Source of the DNA: a virus
Direction: 5' to 3' (one strand)
Length of the DNA: 60,451 nt
Virus record (IMG/VR): IMGVR_UViG_3300043449_000416
Location: 1 to 60,451 of that record
The notes under the pieces are model-generated. The model had not been told where the DNA came from. It searched no databases and saw only the letters and a program-made list of their open reading frames with translations. Below are positions 35,721 through 44,696 of this stretch, one piece after another. The position numbers and the translations under genes were made by a program. Position 1 is the stretch's first letter, and the number at the start of each line of letters is the position of its first letter.

Positions 35721-36972
35721 TATAGGTAAACCACTCAGCGCCGAACAGCGCCTGCAGAAGGCCGTGATCGACATCATGGCCAACAACAAATACATCGCCC
35801 TTGCGGGCATCCTGATGATCGGCAATCGCAGCGTCGAGGATGATGTTAGGCAATGCCCTACCGCCTACACCAACGGGCGGGACGAGGTCTATGGTCGTGA
35901 CTTCGTCGATAAACTCAACGACGCCGAGCTACGCTTCCTAGTGCTGCACGAGTGCTATCACAAACTCTATCGGCACCTGACCACGTGGCGCTGGATGTAT
36001 GAAGAGAACGCTCAGCTGGCCAACCAAGCCTGTGACTTCGTCATTAACATCAAGCTGGTCGATGACAACAAGACCGACAACTTTGCCACCATGACAGGCG
36101 TGCTCAAGATCGGCTGTCTCGACGAGAAGTACCGTGCATGGGACAGCGCACAGGTGTTCCATGACCTCAAGAAGGGTGGCGGTAAGGGTCAGGGTCAGGG
36201 TCAGGGTCAGGGTCAGGGTCAGGGTCAGGGTCAGGGTCAGGGTCAGGGTCAGGGTGGCGAGGGCACTGGTTTCGATGAGCACGGCTGGGACGACGCCAAG
36301 GATATGACCGCGCAGGAGCGGGATGAGTTGGCCCGTGAGATTGACGAAGCGATCCGTCAGGGCGCGCTGATGGCTGGCAAGATGGGCTCTGGCGGTGACC
36401 GGGACTTGGTCGAGTTGCTCCAACCGCAGGTGGATTGGCGCGAGGTGCTACGTGACTTCATCACCAGCACATGTGCGGGGTCTGACTACTCCACGTGGCG
36501 TAAACCCAATCGACGTTACATCGGCGCTGGCGTGTATATGCCGAGTGGTATCTCCGAGCAGATCGGCGAGATCGTGGTGGCTATCGACACGTCCGGCTCT
36601 ATCGGAGGGCCCCAGCTATCCGCCTTCTTGTCCGAGGTGGGCAGCATCGCCGAAACCGTTAACCCCGAGGCTATCCGCCTCCTCTACTGGGACACGCGGG
36701 TCTGCGGCGACGAGACTTACAAGGGAGAGGAAGTGGCCAACCTCACCAAGTCGACCAAGCCCAAGGGCGGCGGCGGCACCACAGTGGAGTGCGTGCCACA
36801 GTATCTGCAGGACCAGCAGATCAAGGCTCAGTGCGTCATCGTGCTGACTGATGGCTATCTGGGTGGATCGTGGGGCGAGTGGCACCACCCGCTCCTGTGG
36901 GTCATCCTCGACAACAAGAACGCCGTGCCTAGCGTGGGCACAGCTGTGCACATCAAGCAGCGGGAGATGTAG
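35701..36972 (+). CDS. VWA-domain protein with N-terminal HExxH metallopeptidase-like motif (partner of the MoxR-like ATPase)
   Basis: HECYH (HExxH) near the N-terminus; MIDAS-type VAIDTSGSIGG; (GQ)n linker; the MoxR plus VWA pairing is a known two-gene module. Confidence 0.65.
   Translation: METTMFNIGKPLSAEQRLQKAVIDIMANNKYIALAGILMIGNRSVEDDVRQCPTAYTNGRDEVYGRDFVDKLNDAELRFLVLHECYHKLYRHLTTWRWMYEENAQLANQACDFVINIKLVDDNKTDNFATMTGVLKIGCLDEKYRAWDSAQVFHDLKKGGGKGQGQGQGQGQGQGQGQGQGQGQGGEGTGFDEHGWDDAKDMTAQERDELAREIDEAIRQGALMAGKMGSGGDRDLVELLQPQVDWREVLRDFITSTCAGSDYSTWRKPNRRYIGAGVYMPSGISEQIGEIVVAIDTSGSIGGPQLSAFLSEVGSIAETVNPEAIRLLYWDTRVCGDETYKGEEVANLTKSTKPKGGGGTTVECVPQYLQDQQIKAQCVIVLTDGYLGGSWGEWHHPLLWVILDNKNAVPSVGTAVHIKQREM
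36181..36258 (+). repeat. (GGTCAG)n hexanucleotide microsatellite encoding a poly-Gly-Gln linker
   Basis: About 11 perfect tandem GGTCAG units from 36187 to 36252, in frame within the VWA gene. Confidence 0.85.
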
Positions 36973-36974
36973 GT

Positions 36975-37424
36975 ATGGGGTATCGGAGCGACATAGCAAT
37001 AGTCTTCATATTCAAGAAGAAGGAGCAGATTGACGAGGTGCTGGCCGTCTATCAGATGCACCCGTTTGTGCAGGCGAATGACCTTACCAAAGAGTGGAAA
37101 GTCCACGACTGGGGTAACATGTGGGGTATGACCTACTACGCCGACGGCGTCAAATGGTATGATAATTATGAGGATGTGCAGAGTTTCGAGTACATGGAAA
37201 AATTGGTGAAGACCTTCGCCGATGAGCGCGGGGTGGATGTTGTGGAGACTCACGCAGACGGCACACAATCGTTGGCGTACATGTTCCCCTACGCCTACCG
37301 TAAGATCAGAATAGGAGAAGAGGACGACGACAATGAAACCGACGGCCATTACAACGACGTGGTGCTCACTGATGAACTCTACGAGCGCGTGAGTATGCGC
37401 CGTGAACTAATAACCAACTTCTAG
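36975..37424 (+). CDS. Hypothetical protein (149 aa)
   Basis: ORF immediately downstream of the VWA gene. Confidence 0.5.
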   Translation: MGYRSDIAIVFIFKKKEQIDEVLAVYQMHPFVQANDLTKEWKVHDWGNMWGMTYYADGVKWYDNYEDVQSFEYMEKLVKTFADERGVDVVETHADGTQSLAYMFPYAYRKIRIGEEDDDNETDGHYNDVVLTDELYERVSMRRELITNF

Positions 37425-37441
37425 GGAAAGGAATAAATCCA

Positions 37442-38524
37442 ATGGTCTACATCAACAAACTAGACAGTTTCGCCGACGCCGAGAAGCGTTACACCGATAC
37501 CACCCCCGTGCACAGTAAGCACCATACCTTAGAGCAGGACGTGCGCCCTGTCGGTAAGCGTTCCCGCAAGTGGGAGCGGATCATCAAGGTGGACGACAAT
37601 ACCTATGTGCTAAGCTGTGGTGGATTTTTTGACTCCGTATTCGGCGGGGGGCCGGGCGACGAGACGTTCCGTAGGCAATACCCTATCACGACCAAGGAGA
37701 CTGTTAGGCTCGCGCCTATCGTATGGCGCAAGCATATGGACGGTACCGAGACCATCACTATACGCAACGGAGCGGGCGATTGGAACCACAACGCTGTGTA
37801 CTCGTTTGTCTCTCGTGCGCTACCCCGTGAACTTTGGTTTCGTCAGACCCGTGAGGGTAAGCAGTTTATCTACAACCGCAGCCAAGGGCAGACGGTGCAC
37901 CTGCCAAAGACCACCAGCGCGCCGCGCCATGTGATCGAGTACTACAAAGATCAGATACGAAAAATAGCCCCTAAGAGAAACAACTGGGCTGAGAAGTACG
38001 CCAAGTCATACACAACTGGGGACGACGGGCTTAGCGTTACCTTCAAGCGCGAGGCCAACGGTACCTTTACTCTGGTTGGCGAGGCGCACAAGGTCATGGT
38101 GGACCGTACCCGCATCAACAAGACAATGAAGTCCGACTTCAAGGCCGACATTGCGGGTTTGTTCGAGAGTGCAACAGCCCTGTACCCACTGATGCGGACC
38201 CAGATGACGTGGACCCTGCAGCGGGACACTTCCGATGAGATGCGACGTATTACCGAGGCGCTCGAGATTGAGGGTTATACATATTCCCATGGCCCGTTGT
38301 TTAAGTACTGCGATACCACACTCGTTCGGGACATCTTGAAGAACCCAGAACACCCAATGCGCCATGGCCTGAACATCGCGGCCATGTATGAGATTCACGA
38401 CGCGATACGCCGCTTAGGTGGAGATGAACAAAACGACGCACGCAATAGGGCTGTTCGCGCCTGCTTTAACAGATGGCTTAACAAGCTAGGCGGGTTCACT
38501 GTGACCACCCGCGAGGAGAAATAA
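37442..38524 (+). CDS. Hypothetical protein (360 aa)
   Basis: Long ORF with RBS; no motif recognised. Confidence 0.55.
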   Translation: MVYINKLDSFADAEKRYTDTTPVHSKHHTLEQDVRPVGKRSRKWERIIKVDDNTYVLSCGGFFDSVFGGGPGDETFRRQYPITTKETVRLAPIVWRKHMDGTETITIRNGAGDWNHNAVYSFVSRALPRELWFRQTREGKQFIYNRSQGQTVHLPKTTSAPRHVIEYYKDQIRKIAPKRNNWAEKYAKSYTTGDDGLSVTFKREANGTFTLVGEAHKVMVDRTRINKTMKSDFKADIAGLFESATALYPLMRTQMTWTLQRDTSDEMRRITEALEIEGYTYSHGPLFKYCDTTLVRDILKNPEHPMRHGLNIAAMYEIHDAIRRLGGDEQNDARNRAVRACFNRWLNKLGGFTVTTREEK

Positions 38525-38525
38525 A

Positions 38526-39425
38526 ATGGCATCTAACTATCAACACGCGCTTGTCTCATATTGCACGACCCCGGCAGCTAAGGAGACGCATGAGCACTAC
38601 GGGGAGGCGTCCTACCGCGGCGATGAAATAAAGGCCTTCATCAAGGCTACGTGCGTGGCTATGGGCGCTGTTCACCATAACACCGGCCACGACTCTGCTA
38701 CGATCTACCGTCCGGGTGACACGCATGTTATGGGCGATATCGGTTATAAAGATGTTCGGGTAAAGAGCAGAGGCGCGTCAGAGACAATGCGGCAGTACTT
38801 TGTTCGCACATCGACTATCAGAAACGAAAAGTATCGCGACACGCTATGGCAGCATAACATCATTGCCACCAAGTCTATGAAGAACGCGGTTGCCCACGCT
38901 GTGGACTGGTTAAAGCCCATACACGCTGCAGATTCTATACGGCTAACGTCTGTCGCAGCACGCACTATTATTGATAAATCGGTGCACGAGCATGCCGAAA
39001 AAGTAAAGGGTCTATTCAAGCAACTGTTCGGGGAGTCTACCTACGGTAACAAGTTCGATCTGCCGATCTATAATGAACTAAGGTATATCACTTTTGCATC
39101 GCCGGAGTTGAATAAGCTACTTACCGAGTTCAACGAGAACCTTAATGGGTGGCGCGACGCCAAGAGCATTGCCCAGCGCGGCATCCACTATGTGGGGCTG
39201 ACTGATAACTACGGGCAGCTAGTAGCCGATGTGGCCCGCTGCGAGGCGCTGGGACACAGCACGAAGATCAGCGATATTATGCGGTTTCCGGCTATGGGCC
39301 TTCCCGAATGGGTGCAGGGCCGCGTGGCTGTGTTGCAGATGATGTCGCCTCAGACGTATGTTCCGGGTGTTGGCTTACGAGTAGACGATAAAATATTCTA
39401 TGTCATGGAGGACGAGGTGGAATGA
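38526..39425 (+). CDS. Hypothetical protein (299 aa); C-terminal domain shared with the next ORF
   Basis: C-terminus ...LPEWVQGRVAVLQMMSPQTYVPGVGLRVDDKIFYVME aligns with the C-terminus of 39422..39811. Confidence 0.5.
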   Translation: MASNYQHALVSYCTTPAAKETHEHYGEASYRGDEIKAFIKATCVAMGAVHHNTGHDSATIYRPGDTHVMGDIGYKDVRVKSRGASETMRQYFVRTSTIRNEKYRDTLWQHNIIATKSMKNAVAHAVDWLKPIHAADSIRLTSVAARTIIDKSVHEHAEKVKGLFKQLFGESTYGNKFDLPIYNELRYITFASPELNKLLTEFNENLNGWRDAKSIAQRGIHYVGLTDNYGQLVADVARCEALGHSTKISDIMRFPAMGLPEWVQGRVAVLQMMSPQTYVPGVGLRVDDKIFYVMEDEVE

Positions 39426-39811
39426 AGGGGAGAGTGCACGATATGATGCTAAGGGATCGCCTTGTACGGGCTGATCTATCCCGCGCAGCCGCCGGTACGG
39501 ACTCGCCACGTGTAACGCAGATTAAAGGTAGGGACAAAGACGTATCAGCCCTACGCGCCCAGTGGACGGGCGATATAGAGAATGTTTACCGGGTACTAGT
39601 CGGTCCGACTATCGAGGTTGTGTGCCTTGGCATCGACAGCGTAGACAAAGAGGTCGAAGGTACTTACGCTGATATGTCCGAGCTACCTGCGTGGATGCAG
39701 GAGCGTGTTGCCGTGCTGTCCATGATGAAGGTGGACCCGCCACAGACTAAGATCGAGGGTATCGGCATGCGTGTTGATGAGAGCGTGTATTGGGTGATTA
39801 AGGGCGAGTGA
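39422..39811 (+). CDS. Hypothetical protein (129 aa); C-terminal domain paralogous to the upstream ORF
   Basis: ...LPAWMQERVAVLSMMKVDPPQTKIEGIGMRVDESVYWVIK. Confidence 0.5.
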   Translation: MKGRVHDMMLRDRLVRADLSRAAAGTDSPRVTQIKGRDKDVSALRAQWTGDIENVYRVLVGPTIEVVCLGIDSVDKEVEGTYADMSELPAWMQERVAVLSMMKVDPPQTKIEGIGMRVDESVYWVIKGE

Positions 39812-39853
39812 CCTAGAAGCGGCTAACAACAATGGATATAAACAAGAGAAGGA

Positions 39854-40129
39854 ATGCCAATTTTGATACGAGAACCTGAAAATATGACGCAAGAGGCGCT
39901 TGATGGTATCATAGCAGCATTGCCAAAAGAGCTGTCAGAGGCAGAGATTTCCGCGCTAACAGTGACGTTATACAACTCTTACGGGGTTGACGCAGTTGAC
40001 GCTATAACCTCACTCATCGTTGTGATCTATATCATCGGCGAAACAAACGGTCTCGCAAAGTCGTTTATCTCCGCGGGGCTACGTAGGGCCGCAGACCGCG
40101 AGGAAGCCCATGTTCGGGCAACGCACTGA
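39854..40129 (+). CDS. Hypothetical protein (91 aa)
   Basis: ORF with coupled overlap to the next gene. Confidence 0.45.
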   Translation: MPILIREPENMTQEALDGIIAALPKELSEAEISALTVTLYNSYGVDAVDAITSLIVVIYIIGETNGLAKSFISAGLRRAADREEAHVRATH

Positions 40130-40422
40130 TGGCAGCTACTCCTGAGAAGAAAGTCAAAGACAAGGTGGTCGCCCAGCTTAAAGCGCTGGGGGCCTACTAC
40201 TTCTACCCGGTAACGAGCGGGTTCGGTGCATCGGGTGTGCCTGACATCATCGTCTGTTATAAGGGTCGGTTCTTCGGGCTCGAGTGCAAGGCCAACGGCA
40301 ACAAACCTACGGCACTGCAACAGATGAACATCGATAAGATCAACGGCGCGGGCGGCATCGCCATCGTCATCGACGAAGACAACATGAATGAAGTTAAAAC
40401 AATCTTGGAGAAAGAGCGCTGA
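40129..40422 (+). CDS. VRR-NUC domain nuclease-like protein
   Basis: GVPDIIVCYKGRFFGLECKANGNKPTALQQ...GGIAIVI matches the VRR-NUC (PD-(D/E)XK) signature. Confidence 0.6.
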   Translation: MAATPEKKVKDKVVAQLKALGAYYFYPVTSGFGASGVPDIIVCYKGRFFGLECKANGNKPTALQQMNIDKINGAGGIAIVIDEDNMNEVKTILEKER

Positions 40423-40730
40423 TGGCACCGCGACGCAAAACCATAACTAGGGATATGATGGAAGCCGCGTTGGCTAAGAATTGGAACGCCACCCAAGCGG
40501 CGGCGCATTATGGTTTCCAAGACAAGTCAATCGAATCTGCCTGTGAGCGGTTTGGAATTACGCTGCCAATGATGAGCTTCCGCAGGCCGCTCCCTTTGAA
40601 AAAACGCGAATGGGTAGATACGATAAAGACCGACGCGCCTGATCGGATTGACCAGTCTGACAAGAAGGTGAAGCTATCAGCAAGCAGGGATGCCATTGAA
40701 CGGGCCCTGCGAAAAATCGCTGGTAAATAA
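40422..40730 (+). CDS. Hypothetical protein with putative HTH (102 aa)
   Basis: TITRDMMEAALAKNWNATQAAAHYGF...ACERFGI resembles an HTH segment. Confidence 0.4.
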   Translation: MAPRRKTITRDMMEAALAKNWNATQAAAHYGFQDKSIESACERFGITLPMMSFRRPLPLKKREWVDTIKTDAPDRIDQSDKKVKLSASRDAIERALRKIAGK

Positions 40731-40768
40731 CACTAAAAAATACTAAACAACGCTAACGCGTGTATAAA

Positions 40769-41287
40769 ATGGAGTCAACAATGGCTAAATCTTCTAAGGA
40801 AGAAAAGAGGGTCTGGGAATACCTACTACAAAACCGCACTGCCGAAGCTGCCGACGTAGTCCTAGCCTGTGGAGTATCACTAGGAGTCGCGCAGACCTGC
40901 ATCGACCGTATCGGAACACCGCGTGAGGTATTTGCACGAGAGGCGTTGACCGGACAGGTTAAGGAGGGCCGCAAGGACGATGGTGGCAAAGTGCCGTATC
41001 ACCTTCTTGCCCCCGAGTTTCTGGATGCTACTGCGCAGGTTCTCAAGTTCGGGGCGAATAAATATTCAGAGCGCAACTGGGAGCTAGGTATGGACTGGAG
41101 CCGCCCATTCTCTGCCTTGATGCGGCACATGTGGGCGTGGTGGCGTGGAGAACAAATCGATCCAGAAACAGGCATGAGCCACCTATGGCACGCTTGTGCA
41201 TGTATAATGTTTTTGATAGCATATGAGCAAAGAGGAGTTGGTACAGATGACCGGGCAAAAACTACGTCACGCGCTTTGCTGCCCTGA
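40769..41287 (+). CDS. Putative all-alpha nucleotide pyrophosphohydrolase-like protein (MazG / dATP-dGTP diphosphohydrolase-like)
   Basis: Motif GANKYSERNWELGMDWSRPFSALMRHMWAWWRGEQIDPETGMSHLWHACACIMFLIAY resembles phage dNTP pyrophosphohydrolase families; assignment is tentative. Confidence 0.4.
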   Translation: MESTMAKSSKEEKRVWEYLLQNRTAEAADVVLACGVSLGVAQTCIDRIGTPREVFAREALTGQVKEGRKDDGGKVPYHLLAPEFLDATAQVLKFGANKYSERNWELGMDWSRPFSALMRHMWAWWRGEQIDPETGMSHLWHACACIMFLIAYEQRGVGTDDRAKTTSRALLP

Positions 41288-41768
41288 TGCACCGCATTTA
41301 GCGTTAGGATTATGCTCTACACACTACCAAAAGCGTAAGGCATGGAAAAACGGAGTGCGCCCCAGTGCCCCGCAGGAGTGTGATTGGCTAGACGCCCTAG
41401 TCGAACAAGCTAGGGGGGAGAAGAAACAGCGAGCCGTAACCTCCGCGGTAACTCGCCGCGCAGATGCAAACGCTAAGCGTACAGTAGATAAGGGGCATCG
41501 TAAGTACACAACTAAGTACAGGTACGGAGTTACACAGGAGTATATAGAGCGTTTACGGGATAAACAGGGCGGCAAGTGCGCGATATGCGGGAAAGAAGGG
41601 CCGCTATACATAGACCACTGCCACACAACTAATGTTGTTCGGGGGCTTCTATGCCCCGGGTGCAATACAATGCTTGGGGTTATCGAAACTCGGGGCCACT
41701 TACTGCCTATGGCGAAAGAATATATCGAGGCCCGGAACACGGGCAAGGACGACCGACCCAATACTTAA
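41223..41768 (+). CDS. Recombination endonuclease VII-like protein
   Basis: KCAICGKEGPLYIDHCHTTNVVRGLLCPGCNTMLG is the Endo VII / His-Me finger signature. Confidence 0.75.
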   Translation: MSKEELVQMTGQKLRHALCCPDAPHLALGLCSTHYQKRKAWKNGVRPSAPQECDWLDALVEQARGEKKQRAVTSAVTRRADANAKRTVDKGHRKYTTKYRYGVTQEYIERLRDKQGGKCAICGKEGPLYIDHCHTTNVVRGLLCPGCNTMLGVIETRGHLLPMAKEYIEARNTGKDDRPNT

Positions 41769-41785
41769 TCAAAGGAAACGAAAGA

Positions 41786-42403
41786 ATGAGCATGAACTAT
41801 TTCACACCCGCAGACTTAAAACAGCTTGATGCCACTTATAATTACACGGCTCGCGCAGGCTTGGGCTTTGCCATCACCCCCGACAACGAGCAGGTTTTTG
41901 TCCCCGCCCGGGACGTGGAGCGTCTTAACCTTGGGGTTGGCGACACCATCCGCATCTGGGCAACAGACAACTATGCCTCTCCACATACGGCGCACTACCC
42001 GTCACGCTGGCGTGCAGTAAGAGTCGAGATCACATCTCGAGTGACTGACCTTGTTAGGGCAGAGCCTAACGTCGCCCCAGCGCCCATGGGGCTTCCTGCC
42101 CCAGCTAAGCCGCACGTCACTGATTTTGTCGCTGTGATGGCAGGGCTTATGGATGAACGGCGTCCGTGGTCGGTCAACGAGTTGACCCACGCCATTGCCA
42201 AGATCAGTGCTCCACTGGCAGGCACGCCCGACTTGATCCAGAAGGTCGGTGGACGACTGCATACCCTGCACAAGAACGGTGATATCGCTGCGCTCAAGGT
42301 CTACGCGAAGGGCGACCAACAAAACGCCAGCGCGGTCTACTACGCTAAGGGTGTGGACGTATTCTACGACCACCTCGATGCACCTCTCGGTGATGAGGAG
42401 TAA
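41786..42403 (+). CDS. Hypothetical protein (205 aa)
   Basis: ATG with RBS aaaggaaacgaaagaATG; contains hairpin copy 42053-42070. Confidence 0.5.
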   Translation: MSMNYFTPADLKQLDATYNYTARAGLGFAITPDNEQVFVPARDVERLNLGVGDTIRIWATDNYASPHTAHYPSRWRAVRVEITSRVTDLVRAEPNVAPAPMGLPAPAKPHVTDFVAVMAGLMDERRPWSVNELTHAIAKISAPLAGTPDLIQKVGGRLHTLHKNGDIAALKVYAKGDQQNASAVYYAKGVDVFYDHLDAPLGDEE

Positions 42404-42406
42404 GAC

Positions 42407-44245
42407 GTGGACATAATAACTATAGACATGGAGACCTACTACGACAAAGACTACTCGCTGTCTAAGATCACCACGGAAGAATATGTCCGTGACCCCCGCT
42501 TCCAAGTCATTGGGGTGGGGGTGAAGGTCAACGACGATAAGACCGAGTGGTTCAGTGGAACACACGGCAAGATCAAGGAGTTCTTGGCTCAGTATGACTG
42601 GGCTAACTCCGCGGTGTTGGTACACAATATGATGTTCGATGGCTCGATCCTGTCGTGGCGATTTGGTATTCGTCCGAAGGCGCTGTTCGACACACTGTGC
42701 ATGGCCCGTGCGATCCACGGTGTCGAGAAAAGCGCCAGCCTAAAGGCCCTCGCCGAGAACTATGCGGTAGGGGAGAAGGGCACCGAGGTGCTGGACGCCA
42801 AGGGTAAACGTCGCGGAGACTTCACACCGGAGGAGCTATCGGCCTACGGGCGTTACTGTATCAATGACGTAGACCTGACCTACGATATCTTCAACATCAT
42901 GATGTCCCGTGGGTTCCCGAAGTCTGAACTCAAGTTGATCGACCTAACCCTGCGTATGTTCACTGAGCCTACGATAGGGCTGGATCGGGAGCGTCTCGAG
43001 AAGCATCTCGTGAAGACGCAGACTATGAAGGAAGACCTGCTCAAGTCTGCTGGCGTCGAGGATAAAGCCGACCTCATGTCGAACCCGAAGTTTGCCGCAC
43101 TGTTAGGGACGCTCGGTGTCCCGTGCCCTATGAAGATCAGCCCTACCACGGGTAAAATGACCTACGCGCTGGCTAAGACTGATCAGGGTATGAAAGACCT
43201 GCTGGAGCATGATGATCCACAGGTGCAGGCGCTGGCCGCTGCGCGCCTCGGGGTGAAGTCTACGCTCGAGGAGACCCGCACACAGCGGTTTATCGACATC
43301 GCTGGGCGGGGCCTGCTGCCTGTCCCGGTGCGCTACTACGCGGCTCATACAGGGCGCTGGGGTGGTGACGACAAGATCAACCTGCAGAATCTGCCTAGTC
43401 GGGGGCCTAATGCCAAGGCGCTTAAGAAGTGCATAGTGGCACCAGAAGGCCATAGCATCGTCGAAGCCGACTCGTCACAGATCGAAGCGCGCATGCTGGC
43501 ATGGCTGGCTGGGCAAGACGACGTGGTGCAGACCTTCGCGTCTAAGGGTGACGTCTATAAGAAGATGGCCTCAGCGATCTACAACGTGGACGAGGCTGAC
43601 GTGACCAAGGATCAACGGTTTGTAGGTAAAACAACAGTTTTGGGCGCGGGGTATGGCATGGGTGGCGAGAAGTTCCAGCTGGCTCTTAAGAATTCCGGGG
43701 TGGACATCACCAAAAACGAGGCGGCTAAGATCATCGGCATCTACCGAGAAACCAACAACATGATCTCGAACATGTGGAAGCAGGCCGGAACCATGCTGCG
43801 TTATATGGTGCGTGGTGACGCTATGCCATTCGGTAAGGATGGGGTTCTTGGTGTGGATACCTATGCTCCCGGTATCAAGCTGCCCAATGGCCTTCTGATC
43901 CGCTACGATGGACTGCTAGAGAGCGAGAACGAGAAGGGTGGCACCGAGTATTCTTACAAGACCCGCATGGGCCCCACTCGCATCTACGGCGGTAAGGTGG
44001 TCGAGAATGTCACGCAAGCACTCGCCAGACTTATCATCGGCGAACAAATGCTGCGAATTAGTAAGAAGTACAGAGTTGTGTTGACTGTTCATGACAGTAT
44101 CGTATGCTGTGTACCTGACCAAGAAGCCGAAGCCTGCAAAGCCTACGTCGAGCAGTGTATGCGCTGGGTTCCCGCTTGGGCCGAGGGCTTACCCGTGGAC
44201 TGCGAGGCCGGGGTCGGCAAGAATTATGGAGAGTGCGATGCTTGA
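42407..44245 (+). CDS. DNA polymerase (family A-like) with N-terminal 3'-5' exonuclease
   Basis: Exo motifs IITIDMETYYD, HNMMFDGSIL, YCINDVDLTYDIF; polymerase motifs VEADSSQIEARMLAWLAG, KDQRFVGKTTVLGAGYG, VHDSIVCCV. Confidence 0.8.
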   Translation: MDIITIDMETYYDKDYSLSKITTEEYVRDPRFQVIGVGVKVNDDKTEWFSGTHGKIKEFLAQYDWANSAVLVHNMMFDGSILSWRFGIRPKALFDTLCMARAIHGVEKSASLKALAENYAVGEKGTEVLDAKGKRRGDFTPEELSAYGRYCINDVDLTYDIFNIMMSRGFPKSELKLIDLTLRMFTEPTIGLDRERLEKHLVKTQTMKEDLLKSAGVEDKADLMSNPKFAALLGTLGVPCPMKISPTTGKMTYALAKTDQGMKDLLEHDDPQVQALAAARLGVKSTLEETRTQRFIDIAGRGLLPVPVRYYAAHTGRWGGDDKINLQNLPSRGPNAKALKKCIVAPEGHSIVEADSSQIEARMLAWLAGQDDVVQTFASKGDVYKKMASAIYNVDEADVTKDQRFVGKTTVLGAGYGMGGEKFQLALKNSGVDITKNEAAKIIGIYRETNNMISNMWKQAGTMLRYMVRGDAMPFGKDGVLGVDTYAPGIKLPNGLLIRYDGLLESENEKGGTEYSYKTRMGPTRIYGGKVVENVTQALARLIIGEQMLRISKKYRVVLTVHDSIVCCVPDQEAEACKAYVEQCMRWVPAWAEGLPVDCEAGVGKNYGECDA

Positions 44246-44696
44246 GCTGGAGTGGCGGGCCATACCGGGATACGCCTACGAGGTATCTTCGGCGGGCGAT
44301 GTTCGTAACGCCATAACCCGTAAGGTGCTAACCCCAATGCGCACTGGCTGGAGAGCCGTGGTTAGGTTGTCTACCAATCCGCGGGTAGACTTTCCTGTAT
44401 CTCACTTGGTGCTATCCGCGTTTAGTGGGGCTCGACCGCTGGGCGGAGTAGCTATGCACATGGATGATGACCCGCATAACAACCATGCAAACAATCTGCG
44501 GTGGGGCACCATGCAAGATAATGCTAGAGATATGGCACAAAAGTGTCGGGGAGGTAAGCAGGTGCTAACCGCTGAGGTGGTTACTGAAATCCGTGCGCGG
44601 AGGGCATCCGGGGAACGGGGTCGAGAATTGGCTGTAGCGTATGGTATATCCGAACAGCGTGTATGTGACATACATAAAGGGCGTACTACACTATGA
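44226..44696 (+). CDS. HNH homing-endonuclease-like protein, overlapping the 3' end of the DNA polymerase gene
   Basis: WRAIPGYAYEVSSAGDVRN... N-terminal module and MHMDDDPHNNHANNLRWGTMQDNARD HNH-type motif; first ATG lies inside the last codons of the polymerase gene. Confidence 0.65.
   Translation: MESAMLELEWRAIPGYAYEVSSAGDVRNAITRKVLTPMRTGWRAVVRLSTNPRVDFPVSHLVLSAFSGARPLGGVAMHMDDDPHNNHANNLRWGTMQDNARDMAQKCRGGKQVLTAEVVTEIRARRASGERGRELAVAYGISEQRVCDIHKGRTTL

Noticed and set aside
36181-36258. Possible CRISPR-like array from the regular GGTCAG repeats
   Set aside because: Units are 6 nt with no spacers, and are in frame within a coding gene (poly-GQ linker); this is a microsatellite, not a CRISPR array.
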